Below, one piece after another: positions 19,074 to 29,588 of a stretch of 64,000 bases of DNA. Position numbers and translations under genes: made by a program. Every line of letters starts with the position of its first letter. The first letter of the stretch is position 1. Below the pieces are notes generated by a model, which worked only from the letters and a program-made list of their open reading frames with translations, was not told the origin of the DNA and did no database searches. The stretch is from an uncultured cyanobacterium (GTDB lineage: Bacteria > Cyanobacteriota > Cyanobacteriia > Cyanobacteriales > CAWCAG01), in contig CAWCAG010000005.1 of the NCBI GenBank assembly GCA_963793425.1, forward strand, positions 1,664,001 to 1,728,000, in the 5' to 3' direction.

Positions 19074-21992
19074 GTGATAAAGATTTTTGGTCACGCAAAA
19101 TAAATGCTTTACTTCATGATCCACCAGATAAAGCCTTTGATATTCCTAGACATGAACAACGTGTTCAACAATTAGCTAAAATCTCACAAATCTCTTTAGT
19201 AAAATAAGACTATAAAACTGCTGATCATCTTGCCTCTGCTGCTGATCGTCTTAACTTTCCCAGAAAATATAAAAGCAAACTTTACTCGTTTAACCCACCC
19301 TTTAGCTGGAGTAACTCTTAACCTGGAAAAAGGTAAACTATTTCCTAAATCTATAAACAAAAACTTCTTTAAAAATGCCATTAATCAGTCTTTAGAAAAT
19401 TTAGCTCCTCAAATCAAACAAGATCCTCAAAAACTTTTCCTCTGGTTATGGCGCAATTGGTCAGGAGAGATTCAAGAAACTTCAGGGAATCAGTTAGGTG
19501 TATTGTGGGATTTATTACCTGCTGATACTCGCATACCTGATCATTCTATTTGGGTACATCAAGCTTTAACAAGTGCGATCGCAGGAACTAAACCTACTGC
19601 CAAAGAACTTCCAAATCCGGCTTTTCTCCTCTTTTCTATTGGCCCAGTACAAGCCTTTATTAGTGCAGCGAGAAAAACTCAGGATTTATGGGCGGGGAGT
19701 TATTTACTCTCTTATCTTAATTGGGCAGCGATTGAAGTTATTGCTGAAGAAATTGGCCCGGATGCAGTGATTTTTCCTAACTTGTTGGGACAACCTTTAT
19801 GCGATCGCTGGTTAAAAAATACTCACAAAATTACTCCGGTAAATAGTTCACTCAATTTAGCCAAACTTACCTTACCAAGTATACCTAATCGTTTCTTGGC
19901 TATTGTTCCCGCTAAACGAGGAAAAGAATTAGCACAAGAAGCAGCAGAAAAAATGCGATTCCAGTGGCGAGAAATTGCGACAAAAGTACGGGAAGATTTG
20001 GAACTTAAACAAGTTTTGAATGGAAAAAATAAACCCAATTGGACAAAAACTTGGGAAAGACAAATAGAAAACGCTTTAACAACTTATTGGCAAATTTATC
20101 CCTGGCAGCTTAATAACAAACCAATTAAGGGAAAAGATTATCATAACTTTCTCAATCCTCATAAAGTTTATCTTAGCAATCGCTATGAAAAAACCAAAAG
20201 AATTTTAGATACTTATGTAGAAACAGGGAAATTTGTACCCAATTTAGGAGCAATTTACGGTGATCTCTACTTCATCACCGAAAAGGCTTTAGGTAGTCGC
20301 AAAGGAGTGAGAGATTTTCCTCAAGTAGAAGAAACGGGAGAAAAATCTACCTTGGGAGGCGATCGCGCCGCACTTTATGATGGCATTGATAATCAAGGGG
20401 ATCTTGCAGGTAATTTTGATAATGTTTCCCGCAAGCAAATTCGTAAGTTTTGGCGAGAGTTGGGGCAAAATCTACAAAAGCAAGGGCGATACGAACTCGA
20501 AAAAACAGGTAAAGAAAGACTTGATGCAGTAGAATTAACGAAGCGTTGTGCTTGGCGTTCCTACTTTGATAAGCAACCTGGTTTCGCTTCCACTAATTCA
20601 GATAAATCATTTCGTTTTCCCTCCACTAACAGCATTGCCAGTGCCAGCTTTAAAAAAGCAGTCTTAGAGTGTTTAGCAAAAGCAGAATGTGACTCTTTGT
20701 GGCAAGAATTAAAGGAATGGGTTGAAGTTGTTTATCCTTTAAGTAAAGGTAATCGTTCGGATAAAAACTCCTTCCCTCATTTAGCTAACCTTGTTGCTAA
20801 AATTACTGCCTTCCCAGACATCATCAACAAGTTTTTAAGTCTTGATGGCAGACTGCTATTTACAGAAACTTATGAACCACAACATTTTGATGAGTGGCAT
20901 GATGCAGATGAAGAGAAAATTAAAGAAGCAAAGAAACCATTACAAGACTTTCTCAAGGCTTGCACCCAAAAAGACATTGCCAAACCGCAGAAATACTTTG
21001 CTGTCCTTATGATGGATGGGGATGAAATGGGTAAATGGCTTGCCGGGGATAAAATGCCTGAGTATGAAAAAGTATTGCATCCTGACGTTAAAAAACAGTT
21101 GGAGGCACAAGGAGGTTGGCAGAAGATACTGGAAAGGCAGCGTCTTATCACTCCAGCAATTCATGGTTTTATTAGCAAAGCATTGGGAGACTTTTCCCTC
21201 AAATTGGTACGCCGCATTGTCGAAAATCGTTATCCTGGTAAACTAGTTTATGCTGGGGGAGATGATGTCTTGGCTTTAGTACCTTTAGACTTTGTTTTAG
21301 AAATTGCGAGGGAACTTCGTGCCGCTTTTTCAGGAGAAATAGATACAGGCATTGGTACAGAAGATGCAGGGGAGAAATTTACCGTTAAATTCGGTGATGC
21401 CTCTACTCGTTCTGGTTATTTGATGTTTAAAGCTGAGGAAGATCACCAAGTTCAATTATTAACCACAATGGGGTGCAAAGCAACAGCAAGTACAGGAATT
21501 GCGATCGCCCATCGTCTTGCCCCCCTAGACTTAACTTTACAAGAAGCCAGGAAAGCAGAGAAAACCGCCAAAAACGAGGAAGGTAGAAATGCTTTTAGGA
21601 TGACTTTCCTTAAACGCTCTGGTGAAGTGACCGAAGCTGGGGCAAAATGGATATATGACAATACCGATACCATAGCCACTTTGCATAAATTTCAACAACA
21701 TTTTGCTGATGGTTCAATTTCTGGGAAATTTGCTTACATCTTGCGGCAAGAAGCAGAAGTTTTAGCTAGCATCAAGATTCCTGCACTTTATCAAGCAGAA
21801 ATTAAACGTTTACTGCGACGACAACAGGGGAATAAAGACGAAAAGTTGGGACAAGAATTAGCACAAGATTTCGCAAACCTAGTTACCTGTGCAGATGCAG
21901 AAAAACAAGCATCATCCCCAGGTAAACTGCAAACCTTTGCTGACTTATTAATTTTTACCCATTTCCTAGCAACCGGAGAAGGAGAGGAGTAG
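19070..21992 (+). CDS. cas10: Type III-B Cas10/Cmr2, 5' end disrupted (TAA at 19205-19207 and a frameshift near 19258)
   Basis: MSDKDFWSRKINALLHDPPDKAF...ADHLASAADR from 19070 joins ORF 19230..21992, which carries PADTRIPDHS, FSIGPVQAFISAARKTQDLWAGSYLLS, MDGDEMG and an intact YAGGDDVLA Palm motif. Confidence 0.9.
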
Positions 21993-23173
21993 TGCAGCTT
22001 TTTATTGAACCCATAGATGTTTTACTATTTCGAGATGGCCGTCCCTTTTCTGCTGGGGAAAGCCACCGGGCTAGAAGTGTTTTCCCCCCTACTCCCAACA
22101 CCATACAAGGAATTATTCGTTCCCAAGTCTTAGCCCAACGTTGCGGCCGTTACCAACAATATCGCGATCGCTGTTTAAATTGTCCAGAGGAAGGAGAATG
22201 CAGCATTTCTGATGAAATTGGGCAGCCTGCAAACCTTAAAACCAATCAACCAGGGGACTTGGGTGAAATGCAATTAAAAGGGCCTTTAGTTGCTAAATAT
22301 CAACATAACCAACTTGAAACCTATTTTTTCCTTCCTAGAGATATTGTACAGGTTAAAGCTACTGCAAAACTAAAACTGCTGCAACCCCTCGATAAATCTT
22401 TACCAGGAAGCAACAATGCCCCTTCTCAACTTTTGCCCCTGTGGACAGCAAATACAGTAGAAAATCTGGATGGTTATCTTACTGGGCAGCAATTACAGCA
22501 ATACTTATGGGGAAAATGTCCAGAAGCAATTACCGAAGGAGATGAACTTTATCAAAGAGAATCTCGTTTAGGTATCGAGATTAACAACGCCAAGAAAATA
22601 ACTGAAGAAGGTAAACTCTATCAAACCGAATTTATTCGCTGCAAACCCCAAGTAGGATTGTATGTAGAAATCGAAGGCATTAAACAGCTTAGTGCCAATC
22701 CGCACACAACAGAAGGATTAGTTGCCGTCGGGGGAGAAAATCGCGTTGCTAGCTATCAACAACTGTCTAAAAGAGTTGATTTGTTGCAACTAAAAGAGGC
22801 ATTAAAAAAGAGACTTAATCAAGCTTTCAAGCTTTATCTCGCCACACCAACGGTTTTTAAAAAGGGTTGGTTGCCTGGTTGGATTGATATCACCACTTTA
22901 AAAGGGGAATACAAAGGAGTTGAAGTGAAACTTAAAGCTGCGGCAATCGATAAATATCAAACTATTGGCGGTTGGGATGTTGCCCACAATCGCCCCAAAC
23001 CTACCTATCGGGCTGTACCTGCGGGTTCAGTTTATTACTTTACAACTAATGCTTCTCCAGAAGAGATCATCAACGCTTTTCACTGGCAAAACTTAGCCGA
23101 TGAAGCTCAAGATAGGCAAATTGGTTACGGACTCAGTTTAGTCGGAACTTGGCATTATAGTAAACTTTCTTGA
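21992..23173 (+). CDS. cmr3: Type III-B CRISPR protein Cmr3
   Basis: IEPIDVLLFRDGRPF, RESRLGIEI, VGGENR, GGWDVAHNRPKP..RAVPAGSVYYF, QIGYG. Confidence 0.93.
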   Translation: MQLFIEPIDVLLFRDGRPFSAGESHRARSVFPPTPNTIQGIIRSQVLAQRCGRYQQYRDRCLNCPEEGECSISDEIGQPANLKTNQPGDLGEMQLKGPLVAKYQHNQLETYFFLPRDIVQVKATAKLKLLQPLDKSLPGSNNAPSQLLPLWTANTVENLDGYLTGQQLQQYLWGKCPEAITEGDELYQRESRLGIEINNAKKITEEGKLYQTEFIRCKPQVGLYVEIEGIKQLSANPHTTEGLVAVGGENRVASYQQLSKRVDLLQLKEALKKRLNQAFKLYLATPTVFKKGWLPGWIDITTLKGEYKGVEVKLKAAAIDKYQTIGGWDVAHNRPKPTYRAVPAGSVYYFTTNASPEEIINAFHWQNLADEAQDRQIGYGLSLVGTWHYSKLS

Positions 23174-23185
23174 GGGTATAAAATT

Positions 23186-23685
23186 ATGAAAACTATCATC
23201 ACAACCACTGGCACATCATTATTAAGCAACGCTAGGAAACCGAACGGAATCGCATCTCACAACTGCTTTTACCCCCCGATGCAGATAATGAAGTATTTCT
23301 TTCCGCAGCAGGAGAAATTCTTTGGCAGAAACTAGCACAACAGCGACAATTGGGGGAAATGATAGCAGATCCTCCTGCTTCAGAGATCCCCAACCAGGAT
23401 AAAATCAGTAATTCCTTAGAAGGGGTAAAGCATCACTATCCTAGAGGTACTAAAGAATTTGCTCAAAAAATTGCTCAATTGTCAGCAGTCGAAGAAATTA
23501 TTGGTGGTCATTTTGAGAATACAACCTCGAAGCGTATTAAGGGAGTTTCTGAAGATGGTACAATTCGTCTCTTGTGGGCTGACAACGAAAAAGCAACTAA
23601 CCTAACCATTCGTACCACAGCTAGAGGATCTGCCCAAACTTTGAGGTTTTGTGATCGCCACATTCGCCCTCTACTTGATAAGTAA
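23186..23685 (+). pseudogene. APE2256/TIGR02619-type CARF effector with most of the CARF domain deleted; C-terminal effector domain intact as ORF 23350..23685
   Basis: MKTIITTTGTSLLSNARK (CARF beta1, GTS motif) is joined out of frame near 23238 to TERNRISQLLLPPDADNEVFLSAAGEILWQK (end of a wHTH) and a domain with HHYP...TTARGSAQT. Confidence 0.72.
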
Positions 23686-23705
23686 ATGTCTATTCCTAAG
23701 CAAAT

Positions 23706-24627
23706 ATGTTTAAGCAAGCAAGATTACTTTTTCTCTATACAGAAACACCCCTCCACGTCGGTAGTGGTAGCAGTTTAGGTACTGTTGATTTACCTATTCA
23801 AAGAGAAAGTCATACCAATTTTCCGATGATTCAATCTACCGGAATTAAAGGCAAGTTACGCAATGTTTTTGAGAATAATGGATTAGGTAATGACGTTGAT
23901 GTTGTTAAAGTTGTTAACGCAATTTTTGGCTCAGAAAGTAGTAACGCAGGGGCTTTATCTCCCGGAGATGGACGTTTGCTATTATTTCCTGTACGTTCCT
24001 TAGCAGGAGTTTTTGCTTGGATAACTTGCCCTTTTGTAATTAGTCGTTTACAAAGAGATTTAGCTATTGCTAATCATAGCCAAACTTGGGAGATTCCTCA
24101 ACCAGAAAGTAACCAGGCTTATGTACCAGCAGGCAGTAAAGAAATTGTTTTAGAAGAATTTTGCTTTGAAACAAAAAGCGACCAGAATGATTAAAGCATT
24201 AGCGGAATGGTTAGCTGAAAATGCTTTACCACAAAGTAATGAATATGAATTTTGGCGTAACAAACTCAAAAAAGATTTAGTAGTTGTTAGCGATGATACC
24301 TTCAAAGATTTCTGTAAATTCAGTACTGATGTTGTCTCTCGCATCAAGTTAAACACAGAGACTAAAATCGCTGAAAATGGGTCATTATGGACAGAAGAAA
24401 ACTTACCTGCCGATGCCTTACTCTATACACCTTTATTCGCCTGCGATCCTCGCCAAAATGAAGTTATTGAGATTAAAGAGGAAGAATTAAATGCAGAACT
24501 AATTCTCGAACTGATGGAAAATAATTTTAGTGGCAAACGCCTACAATTGGGAGGCAATGAAACTGTTGGCAGGGGAATCGTTGCTACGACAATGATGGGA
24601 AAAAAGGAGGATAAAACAAATGGCTAA
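23706..24627 (+). CDS. cmr4: Type III-B CRISPR RAMP Cmr4, split by one frameshift near 24172-24190
   Basis: ETPLHVGSG..GTVDLPIQRE (catalytic Asp present) and LLLFPVRS in 23706..24194; SLWTEENLP and LQLGGNETVGRG in 24166..24627. Confidence 0.9.
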
Positions 24628-25159
24628 TGTACCTAAGAAATTAATACCACCACCGCAAAGAAATACTGAAATGGTAAACTCTCAAGCAGAAGTAACTACC
24701 AAAAAACCAGAATCTCAACCCCAAAAAACTACTGAAAATACCAAATCTCAATCAACTAATTGCAATCCCAGAGATTTAGATAGAAAGCGTGCTAAAATCG
24801 CTTGGGAAAACATCAAAGAAATTAAACAACAAAGTCCAGAACAACAAAAAAAGTACGGCACAATTGCTTATAAATTACCAACTTTAATTCAGGTTAATGG
24901 CTTAGCCCAAACCCTAGCCTTTCTCAAAGCCAAAGGAGAAACACATCATAAAAAAGCTTTAAAACACCTATCTGACTGGGTTTGTAAGCGTTTTCAATGG
25001 CACAACGATACAGACTTAAACGATACTGACTTATTGGGAAAGCTTTTGTTACAAAATACAGACACCCAACAATATCGCCTAGCAACAGCCGAAGCATTAG
25101 CCTTCCTGCAATGGTTGAAACGCTTCGCAGAAGCAGAATTAGAAAGAGAAGATAGTTAA
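24620..25159 (+). CDS. cmr5: Type III-B CRISPR small subunit Cmr5 with ~50-aa low-complexity N-terminal extension
   Basis: LDRKRAKIAW, KLPTLIQVNGLAQTLAFLKAK, YRLATAEALAFLQWLKRFAEA. Confidence 0.92.
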   Translation: MANVPKKLIPPPQRNTEMVNSQAEVTTKKPESQPQKTTENTKSQSTNCNPRDLDRKRAKIAWENIKEIKQQSPEQQKKYGTIAYKLPTLIQVNGLAQTLAFLKAKGETHHKKALKHLSDWVCKRFQWHNDTDLNDTDLLGKLLLQNTDTQQYRLATAEALAFLQWLKRFAEAELEREDS

Positions 25160-25319
25160 AAAAGACCAATTTTGTGTTATAATTATTTCATCAGATAAAA
25201 ATGAATCTCAACTTTAGAAAAAAATATTTTGTTGGAGTGGGGCTGGGAGCTTTCCGAATTTTGATATGAGGACGGTAAACATCTAACCTGACCATTTTTT
25301 TTACGAAGACTACTGCTTA

Positions 25320-26129
25320 ATGACGAATTTCAACTATCCCTTACCTACACAAACCGAAGACAAATTTGTAGCAAGAAATCACCAATGTAGTAACTTAAGT
25401 CTGTGGCTAGATCGTTATGTCGGCTACGAAAAGAAATGGAAGCTTGACGAAGAAAACAAAAGTAAATTTCTCAAGAAAGTTGTTGATAAATTTAACTTTC
25501 CTAGTCAACTAATCTCCGCTTACCATCAACGTTGGCAAATAACCACTCAAAGCTTTTCCCACGCCCAACACTTTCAAGCCTCCCCAGAATGGCGTATGGC
25601 AGTCGGTTTAGGGCAAACTAGCATTCTCGAAACCAGTTTAACCCTAGACCGAATTACCGGGATTCCCCTCATTCCAGGAAGTGTGCTAAAAGGACTTGCT
25701 GCTACTTATGCAATGCTTGAAGAGTTAGAAGAAACAGAAAGAAAGAACATCGAAACTACTAAAAACCCGACAGATCAGCAAAAAGATTTCTTAGCAATCT
25801 TCGGTACAGAAAATAACACCGGCAAGATCGTTTTCTTTGATGCTGTTCCTACAAAATCTCCCATCTTAGAACTAGACATCATGAACAATCATTATCCCCA
25901 ATATTATCAAGGAGAAGAAGCACCAACTCCTTCCCAAAGTCCAAATCCTGTTTATTTCCTCACCTTGGGAAACCAAAGCGAATTTGCCTTTGCAGTAGCC
26001 AGAAGAGATAAAAACACCAAGCAAGAGTTAGTTAAAAAAGCTGCTAACTGGTTAAAACAAGGGTTAGAAACAATGGGAGTTGGCGCTAAAACTGCTGCTG
26101 GCTATGGCTATTTGCTTGAAACAAAATAG
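25320..26129 (+). CDS. cmr6: Type III-B CRISPR RAMP Cmr6
   Basis: WRMAVGLG...ETSLTL, GIPLIPGSVLKG, FFDAVP, DIMNNHY, GVGAKTAAGYG. Confidence 0.93.
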   Translation: MTNFNYPLPTQTEDKFVARNHQCSNLSLWLDRYVGYEKKWKLDEENKSKFLKKVVDKFNFPSQLISAYHQRWQITTQSFSHAQHFQASPEWRMAVGLGQTSILETSLTLDRITGIPLIPGSVLKGLAATYAMLEELEETERKNIETTKNPTDQQKDFLAIFGTENNTGKIVFFDAVPTKSPILELDIMNNHYPQYYQGEEAPTPSQSPNPVYFLTLGNQSEFAFAVARRDKNTKQELVKKAANWLKQGLETMGVGAKTAAGYGYLLETK

Positions 26130-26347
26130 CTTAAAAATAAAAAGAAGAATTAAGTAATATTAAAATTCAACGGTTATTTCTCTTGACAGGATAAAATATT
26201 CTTAGATAATGGGAATAGATGCGATTTTTTTGAACGGAGCCTACACTCTCCCTTAAAACATATTATCATTAAAGAAAAATAGAATCAAGAGAAAGATAAT
26301 CCTATTTTTCCCCCTCAATATAACTTCAAGCCAATTTGCAAAAGCAA

Positions 26348-26950
26348 TTAGTCACTAATCAAATGAAGCTTGATAAAATCCTCAATTTCCGTTAAACCTT
26401 GTCGGATCTTTAAATTAGTAAACACAAAAGGTTTCTCACCGCGCATCTTCTTAGCATCCCTGTCCATAACAGTTAAATCTGCTCCCACTAAAGGGGCGAG
26501 ATCAATTTTATTAATCACCAAAAGATCCGATTTGGTAATTCCTGGCCCACCTTTACGGGGAATTTTATCTCCTGCGGCCACATCAATAACATAAATAGTC
26601 AAATCTACCAATTCAGGACTAAAAGTAGCAGCGAGGTTATCACCACCACTTTCAAGAAAAACCAGGTCTAAGTTTTGAAAGTCTGTTTCTAACTGTTCAA
26701 TAGCGTTCAAATTCAGAGAAGCATCTTCACGAATAGCGGTATGGGGACAGCCTCCCGTTTCCACTCCTAGTATGCGATCGCTCTCTAAAGCTTGGGAACG
26801 TACTAAAAATTGAGCATCTTCTTGGGTATAAATATCATTAGTTACCACAGCAATTTGATAAGCCCCCCGCATGGCTTTACAAAGGGCATCCAATAAAGCT
26901 GTTTTACCTGAACCCACTGGCCCAGCAATACCAATACGAAATGCAGTCAT
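26348..26950 (-). CDS. ureG: Urease accessory GTPase UreG
   Basis: [43 protein letters not shown]. Confidence 0.97.
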   Translation of the reverse strand: MTAFRIGIAGPVGSGKTALLDALCKAMRGAYQIAVVTNDIYTQEDAQFLVRSQALESDRILGVETGGCPHTAIREDASLNLNAIEQLETDFQNLDLVFLESGGDNLAATFSPELVDLTIYVIDVAAGDKIPRKGGPGITKSDLLVINKIDLAPLVGADLTVMDRDAKKMRGEKPFVFTNLKIRQGLTEIEDFIKLHLISD

Positions 26951-27080
26951 AATTGAGTTAGCAGAAGAGATTCTATTTGTGAAGTTGTGGCATGACAATC
27001 AAGAATAGCAAAAACAACAAACCAATCCTAAAGGTATTTCTTAGACTAGAGGAGTTGAACGAAGAAAAGCCTATTTTAAC

Positions 27081-27112
27081 GTAGGTTGGGTTGCACCGAA
27101 GTAAAACCCAAC
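27081..27112 (+). repeat. GTAG-type REP-like palindrome
   Basis: GTAG-GTTGGGTT-gcaccgaagtaa-AACCCAAC. Confidence 0.65.
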
Positions 27113-27140
27113 AAAAGCATTGCTAGGAGGCAACCAAATT

Positions 27141-27239
27141 ATGATCGCAGCAAAAGACAATTTCCCACAACTCACCCCAGAAGAGTATTTTGCTTGGGAA
27201 GAAAAGCAAACATCTACCATGAGGACTTTTTCTTACTAG
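27141..27239 (+). pseudogene. Uma2 endonuclease N-terminal stub
   Basis: AGGAGG RBS, then MIAAKDNFPQLTPEEYFAWEEKQ (typical Uma2 start) and a stop after 32 codons. Confidence 0.7.
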
Positions 27240-27278
27240 CCTCACTTAATAACCCATTGCCCAATCTCAGCAGCGCCA

Positions 27279-27965
27279 TCAACTCCGAAACAACCTCGTA
27301 TACTGAGTTTCATGAGCCATACTTGCTAAACTCAAGCCCCAACCGCAACTACACAAATCCTCATCTTTCAAAGCAATTATTTCTTGTGCTGTAGCGCTTA
27401 TTTGAGAATCAAGTTTAAATAACAATTGCTGACCTGTGGTTTGACCCAAAGGGATTAACTTAACCCCAACACCAATAAGATTAGTTGCCCAACTTTGTAA
27501 ATAACCAAGTATTGCTTCTTCAATGCTTATTTGCCAGTAAGCCACCCCAATTCCAAAGGCAATCCCGTAATTATGGGGCTTATTTAAACCAGAGATAACT
27601 TGTTGCCAAGTAGGAAGATTTTCATCTTGATTCGCAATAGGAATATCCCCTAACAATCGCATTAAAGTACTTCCCATTTGCCAACTTTGTTCGCGCAATT
27701 CTACACTTTCTTTACTGGCACTAAGCCATTTATGCCAATAGTTTAATTGGCATAAATCTCTTGCCACCAAACAGTTATAAGAGCGTAGCATCACCGCAGT
27801 TTCTAAACGAATAACTCCAAAAGCCAACTCTTGTCGTAACCAAGATTCTAGACTTTCTGGAGTTGAAATCGCGCCTTTTCCTACTAAATACTCTAATCCT
27901 TCAGAATAATTATAAGTACCCACAGGTAGGGCAGAACTAGCAAGTTGGAGAAGGCGTAATACCAT
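27279..27965 (-). CDS. ureF: Urease accessory protein UreF
   Basis: LLQLASSALPVGTYNYSEGLE, VKLIPLGQTTGQ, SMAHETQYTRLFRS. Confidence 0.96.
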   Translation of the reverse strand: MVLRLLQLASSALPVGTYNYSEGLEYLVGKGAISTPESLESWLRQELAFGVIRLETAVMLRSYNCLVARDLCQLNYWHKWLSASKESVELREQSWQMGSTLMRLLGDIPIANQDENLPTWQQVISGLNKPHNYGIAFGIGVAYWQISIEEAILGYLQSWATNLIGVGVKLIPLGQTTGQQLLFKLDSQISATAQEIIALKDEDLCSCGWGLSLASMAHETQYTRLFRS

Positions 27966-27968
27966 AAA

Positions 27969-28040
27969 ATAATAGGTAATAGGTAATAGGTAATAGTATA
28001 TTTCAGAACTTATTACTTATTACTTATTACTTATTACTTA
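27969..28040. repeat. Opposed STRR heptamer tracts (AATAGGT)n and (ACTTATT)n
   Basis: Directly visible between rpsD and ureF; the two tracts are near-complementary. Confidence 0.8.
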
Positions 28041-28047
28041 ATAAAAA

Positions 28048-28656
28048 TTAGGCCTTACGAGAGTAATACTCAACCACAAGTAGCTCATTGATTTGCAAAG
28101 CTATCCATTCGCGATCAACAACACCGTTAACCTTACCAGTCAAAGTATTCTTGTCAAACTCCAAATGACTAGCAATGTTAGCTAAACCCGGATATTCCAT
28201 ATTGGCTTCCACAAGCTTACGAGAAGCTGCTTTATCCTTAACGCTAATGACATCTCCGGGACGACATTGATAACTAGGAATGTTTAGTACTCTGCCATTA
28301 ACCGTAACATGGCCATGACTTACTAATTGTCGCGCTCCGGGAATTGTACCAGCCATTCCTAAACGGAAAACGGTATTATCCAGGCGCATTTCTAGTAATT
28401 GTAGTAAAGATTGTCCCGTAGAACCTGTAGCACGTCTGGCTTTACGAACATAGCTAATCAATTGCTTTTCCGTCACACCATAGTTGTAGCGTAGTTTTTG
28501 CTTTTCCTCTAAACGGATAGCATATTCTGAGCGCTTACGGCGTGCTTGGCCGTGTTCTCCTGGAGGATAAGCTCTACGGGCATTTTTGCGAGTTAAGCCT
28601 GGTAGTTCTCCTAGACGACGAATAACCCGCAAACGCGGGCCTCTATAACGAGACAT
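28048..28656 (-). CDS. rpsD: 30S ribosomal protein S4
   Basis: [39 protein letters not shown]. Confidence 0.99.
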   Translation of the reverse strand: MSRYRGPRLRVIRRLGELPGLTRKNARRAYPPGEHGQARRKRSEYAIRLEEKQKLRYNYGVTEKQLISYVRKARRATGSTGQSLLQLLEMRLDNTVFRLGMAGTIPGARQLVSHGHVTVNGRVLNIPSYQCRPGDVISVKDKAASRKLVEANMEYPGLANIASHLEFDKNTLTGKVNGVVDREWIALQINELLVVEYYSRKA

Positions 28657-28730
28657 ATAACTTTCTTTCTCCTACATTTACTTTTAGGTAATAAAATTCA
28701 ACCCAAATTTCTTATTATAGCGGTTTATCT

Positions 28731-29276
28731 CTAAGAATAGACTTTGTTTTTCAAGACAGTGGGAATTTTTTCTAAAATTTGGTCAGCAATTTGCTCTGGA
28801 GATTGCTCTGGTTCAATCTTGATCTGTAAATCTGCTTGGGAATAAAGGGCTTGTCGCGTTGCGAGTAAAGAGCTTAACTTTGCGGTTGGATCTGTTTCTT
28901 TTAATAAAGGTCTGGTGGTATCTGTCGCCAGGCGCTTAACCAAAAGTTCCACAGGAGCATCTAACCAAACAATTAAACCGTGGTGCAGATAGCCCCAGTT
29001 TTCTTGTTTTAAAATCATACCTCCCCCTGTAGAAATGACGCTTTTAGTATAAGCACAGAGTTGTCCTAAAACTTGACTTTCTAACTCCCGGAAAACCTCT
29101 TCTCCTTGGGTTGCAAATATTTCTGTGATACTTTGCCCCGCAACTTTTTCTAACAAAATATCTGTATCAAAAAAACGGTAACTTAGCTTTTGACTTAAGC
29201 TTTTGCCCACACTAGTTTTCCCTACACCCATCATACCAATGAGGAAAACATCAATACCTTTTAAAGGGTTATTCAT
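28731..29276 (-). CDS. aroK: Shikimate kinase
   Basis: IGMMGVGKTSVG, FFDTD, GEEVFRELE, ISTGGG, RPLL. Confidence 0.95.
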   Translation of the reverse strand: MNNPLKGIDVFLIGMMGVGKTSVGKSLSQKLSYRFFDTDILLEKVAGQSITEIFATQGEEVFRELESQVLGQLCAYTKSVISTGGGMILKQENWGYLHHGLIVWLDAPVELLVKRLATDTTRPLLKETDPTAKLSSLLATRQALYSQADLQIKIEPEQSPEQIADQILEKIPTVLKNKVYS

Positions 29277-29588
29277 CGCTACTATTTATTATCTCTGGTT
29301 TTCTTTTCTAGATTATCGGGCAGCAAAAGTATCTTTATCAAGGAAACTTAAGACCAGTAACTAATTTATACCAAAGGCTATTGACATTGAGCTAGTATTT
29401 CTTTTACATTTTGCAGTAGCTTTACAGTAATTTGATTAATTACTAGTGCTATTACTCAAGGTCTTTTTCTTATTACGTTTTGTTGGGAAATTTTATCCCT
29501 AGTTCAATTACCGGGAATAACATAATTAAAGGCAAGACGGCTTCAGTATTTTCAAGGTGCATTTTTACTAAAAGTAGAGTTTAAGAAA

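Noticed and set aside
17780..26347. CRISPR repeat-spacer array near the cmr genes
   Set aside because: I read all intergenic gaps (17780-17927, 25160-25319, 26130-26347) and found no recurring 25-40-nt repeat.
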